DNA of 64,000 bases from Auanema rhodensis (Eukaryota; Animalia; Nematoda), in NCBI GenBank assembly GCA_964057225.1, contig OZ059896.1, positions 4,526,001 to 4,590,000 on the forward strand. Reading direction: 5' to 3'. A program made the position numbers and the translations under genes. Positions 15,001-30,000 of this stretch are shown piece by piece (position 1 is the stretch's first letter; each line of letters opens with the position of its first letter). The notes beneath the pieces are model-generated. The model saw nothing but the letters and a program-made list of their open reading frames with translations. It did not search any database and was not told where the DNA came from.

Positions 15001-18000
15001 TGTACATTTAATTAGCATAAATTAAAGTTCACGTAAATTTCAAAGTCATGGTTACCATGCACCAATATTAATAAAAATTTGTTTTTAGATTAATATGGAC
15101 ATGGGGAATCTAATTTTGAAAACCGCATCTCTTTATCTTTCACGTGAAGCGAGTTACATACCAAGTGCACATCACGTGTACATTTAATTAGCATAAATTA
15201 AAGTTCACGTAAATTTCAAAGTCATGGTTACCATGCACCAATATCAATAAAAATTCGTTTTTAGACTAATTTGGACATGGGGAATCTAATTTTGAAAACC
15301 GCATCTCTTTATCTTTCACGTGAAGCGAGTTACATACCGAGTGCACATCACGTGTACATTTAATTAGCATAAATTAAAGTTCACGTAAATTTCAAAGTCA
15401 TGGTTACCATGAACCAATATCAATAAAAATTTGTTTTTAGACTAATATGGACATGGGGAATCTAATTTTGGAAACCGCATCTCTTTATTTTTCACGTGAA
15501 GCGAGTTACATACCAAGTGCATATCACGTGTACATTTAATTAGCATAAATTAAAGTTCACGTAAATTTCAAAGTCATGGTTACCATGCACCAATATCAAT
15601 AAAAATTTGTTTTTAGACTAATATGGACATGGGGAATCTAATTTTGAAAATCGCATCTCTTTATCTTTCACGTGAAGCGAGTTACATATAAAGTGCACAT
15701 CACGTGTACACTTAATTAGCATAAATTAAAGTTCACGTAAATTTCAAAGTCAAGGTTACCATGCACCAATATCAATAAAAATTTGTTTTTAGACTAATTT
15801 GGACATGGGGAATCTAATTTTGAAAACCGCATCTCTTTATCTTTCACGTGAAGCGAGTTACATACCGAGTGCACATCACGTGTACATTTAATTAGCATAA
15901 ATTAAAGTTCACGTAAATTTCAAAGTCATGGTTACCATGAACCAATATCAATAAAAATTTGTTTTTAGACTAATATGGACATGGGGAATCTAATTTTGGA
16001 AACCGCATCTCTTTATTTTTCACGTGAAGCGAGTTACATACCAAGTGCACATCACGTGTACATTTAATTAGCATAAATTAAAGTTCACGTAAATTTCAAA
16101 GTCATGGTTACCATGCACCAATATCAATAAAAATTTGTTTTTAGACTAATATGGACATGGGGAATCTAATTTTGAAAATCGCATCTCTTTATCTTTCACC
16201 TGAAGCGAGTTACATACCAAGTGCACATCACTTGTACATTTAATTAGCATAAATTAAAGTTCACGTAAATTTCAAAGTCATGGTTACCATGCACCAATAT
16301 CAATAAAAATTTGTTTTTAGACTAATATGGACATGGGGAATCTAATTTTGAAAATCGCATCTCTTTATCTTTCACGTGAAGCGAGTTACATACCAAGTGC
16401 ACATCACGTGTACACTTAATTAGCATAAATTAAAGTTCACGTAAATTTCAAAGTCAAGGTTACCATGCACCAATATCAATAAAAATTTGTTTTTAGACTA
16501 ATTTGGACATGGGGAATCTAATTTTGAAAACCGCATCTCTTTATCTTTCACGTGAAGCGAGTTACATACCGAGTGCACATCACGTGTACATTTAATTAGC
16601 ATAAATTAAAGTTCACGTAAATTTCAAAGTCATGGTTACCATGAACCAATATCAATAAAAATTTGTTTTTAGACTAATATGGACATGGGGAATCTAATTT
16701 TGGAAACCGCATCTCTTTATTTTTCACGTGAAGCGAGTTACATACCAAGTGCACATCACGTGTACATTTAATTAGCATAAATTAAAGTTCACGTAAATTT
16801 CAAAGTCATGGTTACCATGCACCAATATCAATAAAAATTTGTTTTTAGACTAATATGGACATGGGGAATCTAATTTTGAAAATCGCATCTCTTTATCTTT
16901 CACCTGAAGCGAGTTACATACCAAGTGCACATCACTTGTACATTTAATTAGCATAAATTAAAGTTCACGTAAATTTCAAAGTCATGGTTACCATGAACCA
17001 ATATCAATAAAAATTTGTTTTTAGACTAATATGGACATGGGGAATCTAATTTTGAAAACCGCATCTCTTTATCTTTCACGTGAAGCGAGTTACATACCAA
17101 GTGCACATCACGTGTACATTTAATTAGCATAAATTAAAGTTCACGTAAATTTCAAAGTCATGGTTACCATGAACCAATATCAATAAAAATTTGTTTTTAG
17201 ACTAATATGGACATGGGGAATCTAATTTTGAAAACCGCATCTCTTTATCTTTCACGTGAAGCGAGTTACATACCAAGTGCACATCACGTGTACATTTAAT
17301 TAGCATAAATTAAAGTTCACGTAAATTTCAAAGTCATGGTTACCATGCACCAATATCAATAAAAATTTGTTTTAAACTAATATGGACATGGGGAATCTAA
17401 TTTTGAAAACCGCATCTCTTTATCTTTCACGTGCAGCGAGTTACATACCAAGTGCACATCACGTGTTTACTTAATTAGCATAAATTAAAGTTCACGTAAA
17501 TTTCAAAGTCATGGTTACCATGCACCAATATCAATAAAAATTGGTTTTTAGACTAATATGGACATGGGGAATCTAATTTTGAAAACCGCATCTCTTTATC
17601 TTTCACGTGAAGCGAGTTACATACCAAGTGCACATCACGTGTACATTTAATTAGCATAAATTAAAGTTCACGTAAATTTCAAAGTCATGGTTACCATGCA
17701 CCAATATCAATAAAAATTTGTTTTTAGACTAATTTGGACATGGGGAATCTAATTTTGAAAACCGCATCTCTTTATCTTTCAAGTGAAGCGAGTTACATAC
17801 CAAGTGCACATCACGTGTACATTTAATTAGCATAAATTAAAGTTCACGTAAATTTCAAAGTCATGGTTACCATGCACCAATATCAATAAAAATTTGTTTT
17901 TAGACTAATTTGGACATGGGGAATCTAATTTTGAAAATCGCATCTCTTTATCTTTCACGTGAAGCGAGTTACATATAAAGTGCACATCACGTGTACATTT

Positions 18001-21000
18001 AATTAGCATAAATTAAAGTTCACGTAAATTTCAAAGTCATGGTTACCATGCACCAATATTAATAAAAATTTGTTTTTAGATTAATATGGACATGGGGAAT
18101 CTAATTTTGAAAACCGCATCTCTTTATCTTTCACGCGAAGCGAGTTACATACCAAGTGCACATCACGTGTACACTTAATTAGCATAAATTAAAGTTCACG
18201 TAAATTTCAAAGTCATGGTTACCATGCACCAATATCAATAAAAATTGGTTTTTAGACTAATATGGACATGGGGAATCTAATTTTGAAAACCGCATCTCTT
18301 TATCTTTCACGTGAAGCGAGTTACATACCAAGTGCACATCACGTGTACATTTAATTAGCATAAATTAAAGTTCACGTAAATTTCAAAGTCATGGTTACCA
18401 TGCACCAATATCAATAAAAATTTGTTTTTAGACTAATTTGGACATGGGGAATCTAATTTTGAAAACCGCATCTCTTTATCTTTCAAGTGAAGCGAGTTAC
18501 ATACCAAGTGCACATCACGTGTACATTTAATTAGCATAAATTAAAGTTCACGTAAATTTCAAAGTCATGGTTACCATGCACCAATATCAATAAAAATTTG
18601 TTTTTAGACTAATTTGGACATGGGGAATCTAATTTTGAAAACCGCATCTCTTTATCTTTCACGTGAAGCGAGTTACATACCAAGTGCACATCACGTGTAC
18701 ATTTAATTAGCATAAATTAAAGTTCACGTAAATTTAAAAGTCATGGTTACCATGCACCAATATCAATAAAAATTTGTTTTTAGACTAATTTGGACATGGG
18801 GAATCTAATTTTGAAAACCGCATCTCTTTATCTTTCAAGTGAAGCGAGTTACATACCAAGTGCACATCACGTGTACATTTAATTAGCATAAATTAAAGTT
18901 CACGTAAATTTCAAAGTCATGGTTACCATGCACCAATATCAATAAAAATTTGTTTTTAGACTTATATGGACACGGGGAATCTAATTTTGAAAATCGCATC
19001 TCTTTATCTTTCACGTGAAGCGAGTTACATACCAAGTGCACATCACGTGTACATTTAATTAGCATAAATTAAAGTTCACGTAAATTTCAAAGTCATGGTT
19101 ACCATGAACCAATATCAATAAAAATTTGTTTTTAGACTAATATGGACATGGGGAATCTAATTTCGAAAACCGCATCTTTTTATCTTTCACGTGAAGCGAG
19201 TTACATACCAAGTGCACATCACGTGTACATTTAATTAGCATAAATTAAAGTTCACGTAAATTTCAAAGTCATGGTTACCATGAACCAATATCAATAAAAA
19301 TTTGTTTTTAAACTAATATGGACATGGGGAATCTAATTTTGAAAACCGCATCTCTTTATCTTTCACGTGAAGCGAGTTACATACCAAGTGCACATCACGT
19401 GTACATTTAATTAGCATAAATTAAAGTTCACGTAAATTTCAAAGTCATGGTTACCATGCACCAATATCAATAAAAATTTGTTTTTAGACTAATTTGGACA
19501 TGGGGAATCTAATTTTGAAAACCGCATCTCTTTATCTTTCAAGTGAAGCGAGTTACATACCAAGTGCACATCACGTGTACATTTAATTAGCATAAATTAA
19601 AGTTCACGTAAATTTCAAAGTCATGGTTACCATGCACCAATATCAATAAAAATTTGTTTTTAGACTAATATGGACATGAGGAATCTAATTTTGAAAACCG
19701 CATCTCTTTATCTTTCACGTGAAGCGAGTTACATACCTAGTGCACATCACGTGTACATTTAATTAGCATAAATTAAAGTTCACGTAAATTTCAAAGTCAT
19801 GGTTACCATGAACCAATATCAATAAAAATTTGTTTTTAAACTAATATGGACATGGGGAATCTAATTTTGAAAACCGCATCTCTTTATCTTTCACGTGAAG
19901 CGAGTTACATACCTAGTGCACATCACGTGTACATTTAATTAGCATAAATTAAAGTTCACGTAAATTTCAAAGTCATGGTTACCATGAACCAATATCAATA
20001 AAAATTTGTTTTTAAACTAATATGGACATGGGGAATCTAATTTTGAAAACCGCATCTCTTCATCTTTCACGTGAAGCGAGTTACATACCTAGTGCCCATC
20101 ACGTGTACATTTAATTAGCATAAATTAAAGTTCACGTAAATTTCAAAGTCATGGTTACCATGAACCAATATCAATAAAAATTTGTTTTTAGACTAATATG
20201 GACATCGGGAATCTAATTTTGGTAACCGCATTTCTTTATCTCTCACGTGAAGCGAGTTACATACCAAGTGCACATCACGTGTACATTTAATTAGCATAAA
20301 TTAAAGTTCACGTAAATTTCAAAGTCATGGTTACCATGAACCAATATCAATAAAAATTTGTTTTTAAACTAATATGGACATGGGGAATCTAATTTTGAAA
20401 ACCGCATCTCTTTATCTTTCACGTGAAGCGAGTTACATACCTAGTGCACATCACGTGTACATTTAATTAGCATAAATTAAAGTTCACGTAAATTTCAAAG
20501 TCATGGTTACCATGAACCAATATCAATAAAAATTTATTTTTAGACTAATATGGACATGGGGAATCTAATTTCGAAAACCGCATCTCTTTATCTTTCACGT
20601 GAAGCGAGTTACATACCAAGTGCACATCACGTGTACACTTAATTAGCATAAATTAAAGTTCACGTAAATTTCAAAGTCATGGTTACCATGAACCAATATC
20701 AATAAAAATTTGTTTTTAGACTAATATGGACATGGGGAATCTAATTTTGAAAACCGCATCTCTTTATCTTTCACGTGAAGCGAGTTACATACCAAGTGCA
20801 CATCACGTGTACATTTAATTAGCATAAATTAAAGTTCACGTAAATTTCAAAGTCATGGTTACCATGAACCAATATCAATAAAAATTTGTTTTTAAACTAA
20901 TATGGACATGGGGAATCTAATTTTGAAAACCGCATCTCTTTATCTTTCACGTGAAGCGAGTTACATACCTAGTGCACATCACGTGTACATTTAATTAGCA

Positions 21001-24000
21001 TAAATTAAAGTTCACGTAAATTTCAAAGTCATGGTTACCATGAACCAATATCAATAAAAATTTATTTTTAGACTAATATGGACATGGGGAATCTAATTTC
21101 GAAAACCGCATCTCTTTATCTTTCACGTGAAGCGAGTTACATACCAAGTGCACATCACGTGTACACTTAATTAGCATAAATTAAAGTTCACGTAAATTTC
21201 AAAGTCATGGTTACCATGAACCAATATCAATAAAAATTTGTTTTTAGACTAATATGGACATGGGGAATCTAATTTTGAAAACCGCATCTCTTTATCTTTC
21301 ACGTGAAGCGAGTTACATACCAAGTGCACATCACGTGTACATTTAATTAGCATAAATTAAAGTTCACGTAAATTTCAAAGTCATGGTTACCATGAACCAA
21401 TATCAATAAAAATTTGTTGTTAGACTAATATGGACATGGGGAATCTAATTTTGAAAACCGCATCTCTTTATCTTTCACGTGAAGCGAGTTACATACCAAG
21501 TGCACATCACGTGTACATTTAATCAGCATAAATTAAAGTTCACGTAAATTTCAAAGTCATGGTTACCATTAACCAATATCAATAAAAATTTGTTTTTAGA
21601 CTAATATGGACATGGGGAATCTAATTTCGGAAACCGCATCTATTTACCTTTCACGTGAAGCGAGTTACATACCAAGTGCACATCATGTGTACATTTAATT
21701 AGCATAAATTAAAGTTCACGTAAATTTCAAAGTCATGGTTACAATGCACCAATATCAATAAAAATTTGTTTTTAGACTAATATGGACATGGGGAATCTAA
21801 TTTTGAAAACCGCATTTCTTTATCTCTCACGTGAAGCGAGTTACATACCAAGTGCACATCACGTGTACATTTAATTAGCATAAATTAAAGTTCACGTAAA
21901 TTTCAAAGTCATGGTTACCATGAACCAATAACAATAAAAATTTGTTTTTAGACTAATATGGACATGAGGAATCTAATTTTGAAAACCGCATCTCTTCATC
22001 TTTCACGTGAAGCGAGTTACATACCAAGTGCACATCACGTGTACATTTAATTAGCATAAATTAAAGTTCACGTAAATTTCAAAGTCATGGTTACAATGCA
22101 CCAATATCAATAAAAATTTGTTTTTAGACTAATATGGACATGGGGAATCTAATTTTGAAAACCGCATTTCTTTATCTCTCACGTGAAGCGAGTTACATAC
22201 CAAGTGCACATCACGTGTACATTTAATTAGCATAAATTAAAGTTCACGTAAATTTCAAAGTCATGGTTACCATGAACCAATATCAATAAAAATTTGTTTT
22301 TAGACTAATATGGACATGGGGAATCTAATTTTGAAAACCGCATCTCTTTATCTTTCACGTGAAGCGAGTTACATACCAAGTGCACATCACGTGTACATTT
22401 AATTAGCATAAATTAAAGTTCACGTAAATTTCAAAGTCATGGTTACCATTAACCAATATCAATAAAAATTTGTTTTTAAACTAATATGGACATGGGGAAT
22501 CTAATTTTGAAAACCGCATCTCTTTATCTTTCACGTGAAGCGAGTTACATACCTAGTGCACATCACGTGTACATTTAATTAGCATAAATTAAAGTTCACG
22601 TAAATTTCAAAGTCATGGTTACCATGAACCAATATCAATAAAAATTTATTTTTAGACTAATATGGACATGGGGAATCTAATTTCGAAAACCGCATCTCTT
22701 TATCTTTCACGTGAAGCGAGTTACATACCAAGTGCACATCACGTGTACACTTAATTAGCATAAATTAAAGTTCACGTAAATTTCAAAGTCATGGTTACCA
22801 TGAACCAATATCAATAAAAATTTGTTTTTAGACTAATATGGACATGGGGAATCTAATTTTGAAAACCGCATCTCTTTATCTTTCACGTGAAGCGAGTTAC
22901 ATACCAAGTGCACATCACGTGTACATTTAATTAGCATAAATTAAAGTTCACGTAAATTTCAAAGTCATGGTTACCATGAACCAATATCAATAAAAATTTG
23001 TTGTTAGACTAATATGGACATGGGGAATCTAATTTTGAAAACCGCATCTCTTTATCTTTCACGTGAAGCGAGTTACATACCAAGTGCACATCACGTGTAC
23101 ATTTAATCAGCATAAATTAAAGTTCACGTAAATTTCAAAGTCATGGTTACCATTAACCAATATCAATAAAAATTTGTTTTTAGACTAATATGGACATGGG
23201 GAATCTAATTTCGGAAACCGCATCTATTTACCTTTCACGTGAAGCGAGTTACATACCAAGTGCACATCATGTGTACATTTAATTAGCATAAATTAAAGTT
23301 CACGTAAATTTCAAAGTCATGGTTACAATGCACCAATATCAATAAAAATTTGTTTTTAGACTAATATGGACATGGGGAATCTAATTTTGAAAACCGCATT
23401 TCTTTATCTCTCACGTGAAGCGAGTTACATACCAAGTGCACATCACGTGTACATTTAATTAGCATAAATTAAAGTTCACGTAAATTTCAAAGTCATGGTT
23501 ACCATGAACCAATAACAATAAAAATTTGTTTTTAGACTAATATGGACATGAGGAATCTAATTTTGAAAACCGCATCTCTTCATCTTTCACGTGAAGCGAG
23601 TTACATACCAAGTGCACATCACGTGTACATTTAATTAGCATAAATTAAAGTTCACGTAAATTTCAAAGTCATGGTTACAATGCACCAATATCAATAAAAA
23701 TTTGTTTTTAGACTAATATGGACATGGGGAATCTAATTTTGAAAACCGCATTTCTTTATCTCTCACGTGAAGCGAGTTACATACCAAGTGCACATCACGT
23801 GTACATTTAATTAGCATAAATTAAAGTTCACGTAAATTTCAAAGTCATGGTTACCATGAACCAATATCAATAAAAATTTGTTTTTAGACTAATATGGACA
23901 TGGGGAATCTAATTTTGGAAACCGCATCTCTTTATCTTTTACGTGAAGCGAGTTACATACCAAGTGCACATCACGTGTACATTTAATTAGCATAAATTAA

Positions 24001-27000
24001 AGTTCACGTAAATTTCAAAGTCATGGTTACCATGAACCAATATCAATAAAAATTTGTTTTTAGACTAATATGGACATGGGGAATCTAATTTTGAAAACTG
24101 CATCTCTTTATCTTTCACGTGAAGCGAGTTACATACCAAGTGCACATCACGTGTACATTTAATTAGCATAAATTAAAGTTCACGTAAAATTCAAAGTCAT
24201 GGTTACGATGAACCAATATCAATAAAAATTTGTTTTTAGACTAATATGGTCATGTGGAATCTAATTTTGAAAACCGCATCTCTTTATCTTTCACGTGAAG
24301 CGAGTTACATACTGAGTGCACATCACGTGTACATTTCATTAGCATAAATTAAAGTTCACGTAAATTTCAAAGTCATGGTTACCATGAACCAATATCATTA
24401 AAAATTTGTTTTTAGACTAATATGGACATGAGGAATCTAATTTTGAAAACCGCATCTCTTCATCTTTCACGTGAAGCGAGTTACATACCAAGTGCACATC
24501 ACGTGTACATTTAATCAGCATAAATTAAAGTTCACGTAAATTTCAAAGTCATGGTTACCATGAACCAATATCAATAAAAATTTGTTTTTAGACTAATATG
24601 GACATGGGGAATCTAATTTTGAAAACCGCATCTATTTATCTTTCACGTGAAGCGAGTTACATACCAAGTGCACATCACGTGTACATTTAATTAGCATAAA
24701 TTAAAGTTCACGTAAATTTCAAAGTCATGGTTACCATGAACCAATATCAATAAAAATTTGTTTTTAGACTAATATGGACATGGGGAATCTAATTTTGGAA
24801 ACCGCATCTCTTTATCTTTTACGTGAAGCGAGTTACATACCAAGTGCACATCACGTGTACATTTAATTAGCATAAATTAAAGTTCACGTAAATTTCAAAG
24901 TCATGGTTACCATGAACCAATATCAATAAAAATTTGTTTTTAGACTAATATGGACATGGGGAATCTAATTTTGAAAACTGCATCTCTTTATCTTTCACGT
25001 GAAGCGAGTTACATACCAAGTGCACATCACGTGTACATTTAATTAGCATAAATTAAAGTTCACGTAAATTTCAAAGTCATGGTTACCATGAACCAATATC
25101 AATAAAAATTTGTTTTTAGACTAATATGGACATGGGGAATCTAATTTTGAAAACCGCATCTCTTCATCTTTCACGTGAAGCGAGTTACATACCAAGTGCA
25201 CATCACGTGTACATTTAATTAGCATAAATTAAAGTTCACGTAAATTTCAAAGTCATGGTTACCATGAACCAATATCAATAAAAATTTGTTTTTAGACTAA
25301 TATGGACATGAGGAATCTAATTTTGAAAACCGCATCTCTTCATCTTTCACGTGAAGCGAGTTACATACCAAGTGCACATCACGTGTACATTTAATTAGCA
25401 TAAATTAAAGTTCACGTAAATTTCAAAGTCATGGTTACCATGAACCAATATCAATAAAAATTTGTTGTTAGACTAATATGGACATGGGGAATCTAATTTT
25501 GAAAACCGCATCTCTTTATCTTTCACGTGAAGCGAGTTACATACCAAGTGCACATCACGTGTACATTTAATTAGCATAAATTAAAGTTCACGTAAATTTC
25601 AAAGTCATGGTTACCATGAACCAATATCAATAAAAATTTGTTTTTAGACTAATATGGACATGGGGAATCTAATTTTGAAAACCGCATCTCTTTATCTTTC
25701 ACGTGAAGCGAGTTACATACCAAGAGCACATCACGTGTACATTAAATTAGCATAAATTAAAGTTCACGTAAATTTCAAAGTCATGGTTACCATGAACCAA
25801 TATCAATAAAAATCTGTTTTTAGACTAATTTGGACATGGGGAATCTAATTTTGAAAACCGCATCTATTTATCTTTCACGTGAAGCGAGTTACATACCAAG
25901 TGCACATCACGTGTACATTTAATTAGCATAAATTAAAGTTCACGTAAATTTCAAAGTCATGGTTACCATGAACCAATATCAATAAAAATTTGTTTTTAGA
26001 CTAATATGGACATGGGGAATCTAATTTTGAAAACCGCATCTCTTCATCTTTCACGTGAAGCGAGTTACATACCAAGTGCACATCACGTGTACATTTAATT
26101 AGCAAAAATTAAAGTTAACGTAAATTTCAAAGTCATGGTTACCATGAACCAATATCAATAAAAATTTGTTTTTAGACTAATATGGACATGGGGAATCTAA
26201 TTTTGAAAACCGCATCTCTTTATCTTTCACGTGAAGCGAGTTACATACCAAGTGCACATCACGTGTACATTTAATTAGCATAAATTAAAGTTCACGTAAA
26301 TTTCAAAGTCATGGTTACCATGAACCAATATCAATAAAAATTTGTTTTTAGACTAATATGGACATGGGGAATCTAATTTCGAAAACCGCATCTATTTATC
26401 TTTCACGTGAAGCGAGTTACATACCAAGTGCACATCACGTGTACATTTAATTAGCATAAATTAAAGTTCACGTAAATTTCAAAGTCATGGTTACCATGAA
26501 CCAATATCAATAAAAATTTGTTTTTAGACTAATATGGACATGGGGAATCTAATTTTGGAAACCGCATCTCTTTATCTTTCACGTGAAGCGAGTTACATAC
26601 CAAGTGCACATCACGTGTACATTTAATTAGCATAAATTAAAGTTCACGTAAATTTCAAAGTCATGGTTACCATGAACCAATATCAATAAAAATTTGTTTT
26701 TAGACTAATATGGACATGGGGAATCTAATTTCGAAAACCGCATCTATTTATCTTTCACGTGAAGCGAGTTACACACCAAGTGCACATCACGTGTACATTT
26801 AATTAGCATAAATTAAAGTTCACGTAAATTTCAAAGTCATGGTTACCATGAACCAATATCAATAAAAATTTGTTTTTAGACTAATATGGACATGGGGAAT
26901 CTAATTTCGGAAACCGCATCTATTTATCTTTCACGTGAAGCGAGTTACATACCAAGTGCACATCACGTGTACATTTAATTAGCATAAATTAAAGTTCACG

Positions 27001-30000
27001 TAAATTTCAAAGTCATGGTTACCATGAACCAATATCAATAAAAATTTGTTTTTAGACTAATATGGACATGGGGAATCTAATTTTGAAAACCGCATCTCTT
27101 CATCTTTCACGTGAAGCGAGTTACATACCAAGTGCACATCACGTGTACATTTAATTAGCAAAAATTAAAGTTAACGTAAATTTCAAAGTCATGGTTACCA
27201 TGAACCAATATCAATAAAAATTTGTTTTTAGACTAATATGGACATGGGGAATCTAATTTTGAAAACCGCATCTCTTCATCTTTCACGTGAAGCGAGTTAC
27301 ATACCAAGTGCACATCACGTGTACATTTAATTAGCATAAATTAAAGTTCACGTAAATTTCAAAGTCATGGTTACCATGAACCAATATCAATAAAAATTTG
27401 TTTTTAGACTAATATGGACATGGGGAATCTAATTTCGAAAACCGCATCTATTTATCTTTCACGTGAAGCGAGTTACATACCAAGTGCACATCACGTGTAC
27501 ATTTAATTAGCATAAATTAAAGTTCACGTAAATTTCAAAGTCATGGTTACCATGAACCAATATCAATAAAAATTTGTTTTTAGACTAATTTGGATATGGG
27601 GAATCTAATTTCGAAAACCGCATCTATTTATCTTTCACGTGAAGCGAGTTACATACCAAGTGCACATCACGTGTACATTTAATTAGCATAAATTAAAGTT
27701 CACGTAAATTTCAAAGTCATGGTTACCATGAACCAATATCAATAAAAATTTGTTTTTAGACTAATTTGGACATGGGGAATCTAATTTTGAAAACCGCATC
27801 TATTTATCTTTCACGTGAAGCGAGTTACATACCAAGTGCACATCACGTGTACATTTAATTAGCATAAATTAAAGTTCACGTAAATTTCAAAGTCATGGTT
27901 ACCATGAACCAATATCAATAAAAATTTGTTTTTAGACTAATATGGACATGGGGAATCTAATTTTGGAAACCGCATCTCTTTATCTTTCACGTGAAGCGAG
28001 TTACATACCAAGTGCACATCACGTGTACATTTAATTAGCATAAATTAAAGTTCACGTAAATTTCAAAGTCATGGTTACCATGAACCAATATCAATAAAAA
28101 TTTGTTTTTAGACTAATATGGACATGGGGAATCTAATTTCGAAAACCGCATCTATTTATCTTTCACGTGAAGCGAGTTACACACCAAGTGCACATCACGT
28201 GTACATTTAATTAGCATAAATTAAAGTTCACGTAAATTTCAAAGTCATGGTTACCATGAACCAATATCAATAAAAATTTGTTTTTAGACTAATATGGACA
28301 TGGGGAATCAAATTTCGGAAACCGCATCTATTTATCTTTCACGTGAAGCGAGTTACATACCAAGTGCACATCACGTGTACATTTAATTAGCATAAATTAA
28401 AGTTCACGTAAATTTCAAAGTCATGGTTACCATGAACCAATATCAATAAAAATTTGTTTTTAGACTAATATGGACATGGGGAATCTAATTTTGAAAACCG
28501 CATCTCTTTATCTTTCACGTGAAGCGAGTTACATACCAAGTGCACATCACGTGTACATTTAATTAGCATAAATTAAAGTTCACGTAAATTTCAAAGTCAT
28601 GGTTACCATGAACCAATATCAATAAAAATTTGTTTTTAGACTAATATGGACATGGGGAATCTAATTTCGAAAACCGCATCTATTTATCTTTCACGTGAAG
28701 CGAGTTACATACCAAGTGCACATCACGTGTACATTTAATTAGCATAAATTAAAGTTCACGTAAATTTCAAAGTCATGGTTACCATGAACCAATATCAATA
28801 AAAATTTGTTTTTAGACTAATATGGACATGGGGAATCTAATTTCGAAAACCGCATCTATTTATCTTTCACGTGAAGCGAGTTACATACCAAGTGCACATC
28901 ACGTGTACATTTAATTAGCATGAATTAAAGTTCACGTAAATTTCAAAGTCATGGTTACCATGAACCAATATCAATAAAAATTTGTTTTTAGACTAATTTG
29001 GACATGGGGAATCTAATTTTGAAAACCGCATCTATTTATCTTTCACGTGAAGCGAGTTACATACCAAGTGCACATCACGTGTACATTTAATTAGCATAAA
29101 TTAAAGTTCACGTAAATTTCAAAGTCATGGTTACCATGAACCAATATCAATAAAAATTTGTTTTTAGACTAATATGGACATGGGGAATCTAATTTTGGAA
29201 ACCGCATCTCTTTATCTTTCACGTGAAGCGAGTTACATACCAAGTGCACATCACGTGTACATTTAATTAGCATAAATTAAAGTTCACGTAAATTTCAAAG
29301 TCATGGTTACCATGAACCAATATCAATAAAAATTTGTTTTTAGACTAATATGGACATGGGGAATCTAATTTTGAAAATCGCATCTCTTTATCTTTCACGT
29401 GAAGCGAGTTACATACCAAGTGCACATCACGTGTACATTTAATTAGCATAAATTATAGTTCACGTAAATTTCAAAGTCATGGTTACCATGAACCAATATC
29501 AATAAAAATTTGTTTTTAGACTAATTTGGACATGGGGAATCTAATTTTGAAAACCGCATCTATTTATCTTTCACGTGAAGCGAGTTACATACCAAGTGCA
29601 CATCACGTGTACATTTAATTAGCATAAATTAAAGTTCACGTAAATTTCAAAGTCATGGTTACCATGAACCAATATCAATAAAAATTTGTTTTTAGACTAA
29701 TATGGACATGGGGAATCTAATTTTGGAAACCGCATCTCTTTATCTTTCACGTGAAGCGAGTTACATACCAAGTGCACATCACGTGTACATTTAATTAGCA
29801 TAAATTAAAGTTCACGTAAATTTCAAAGTCATGGTTACCATGAACCAATATCAATAAAAATTTGTTTTTAGACTAATATGGACATGGGGAATCTAATTTC
29901 GAAAACCGCATCTATTTATCTTTCACGTGAAGCGAGTTACATACCAAGTGCACATCACGTGTACATTTAATTAGCATAAATTAAAGTTCACGTAAATTTC

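Noticed and set aside
18883-19065. 60-aa ORF in satellite A
   Set aside because: Chance loss of a stop codon in one variant monomer; neighbouring copies are closed.
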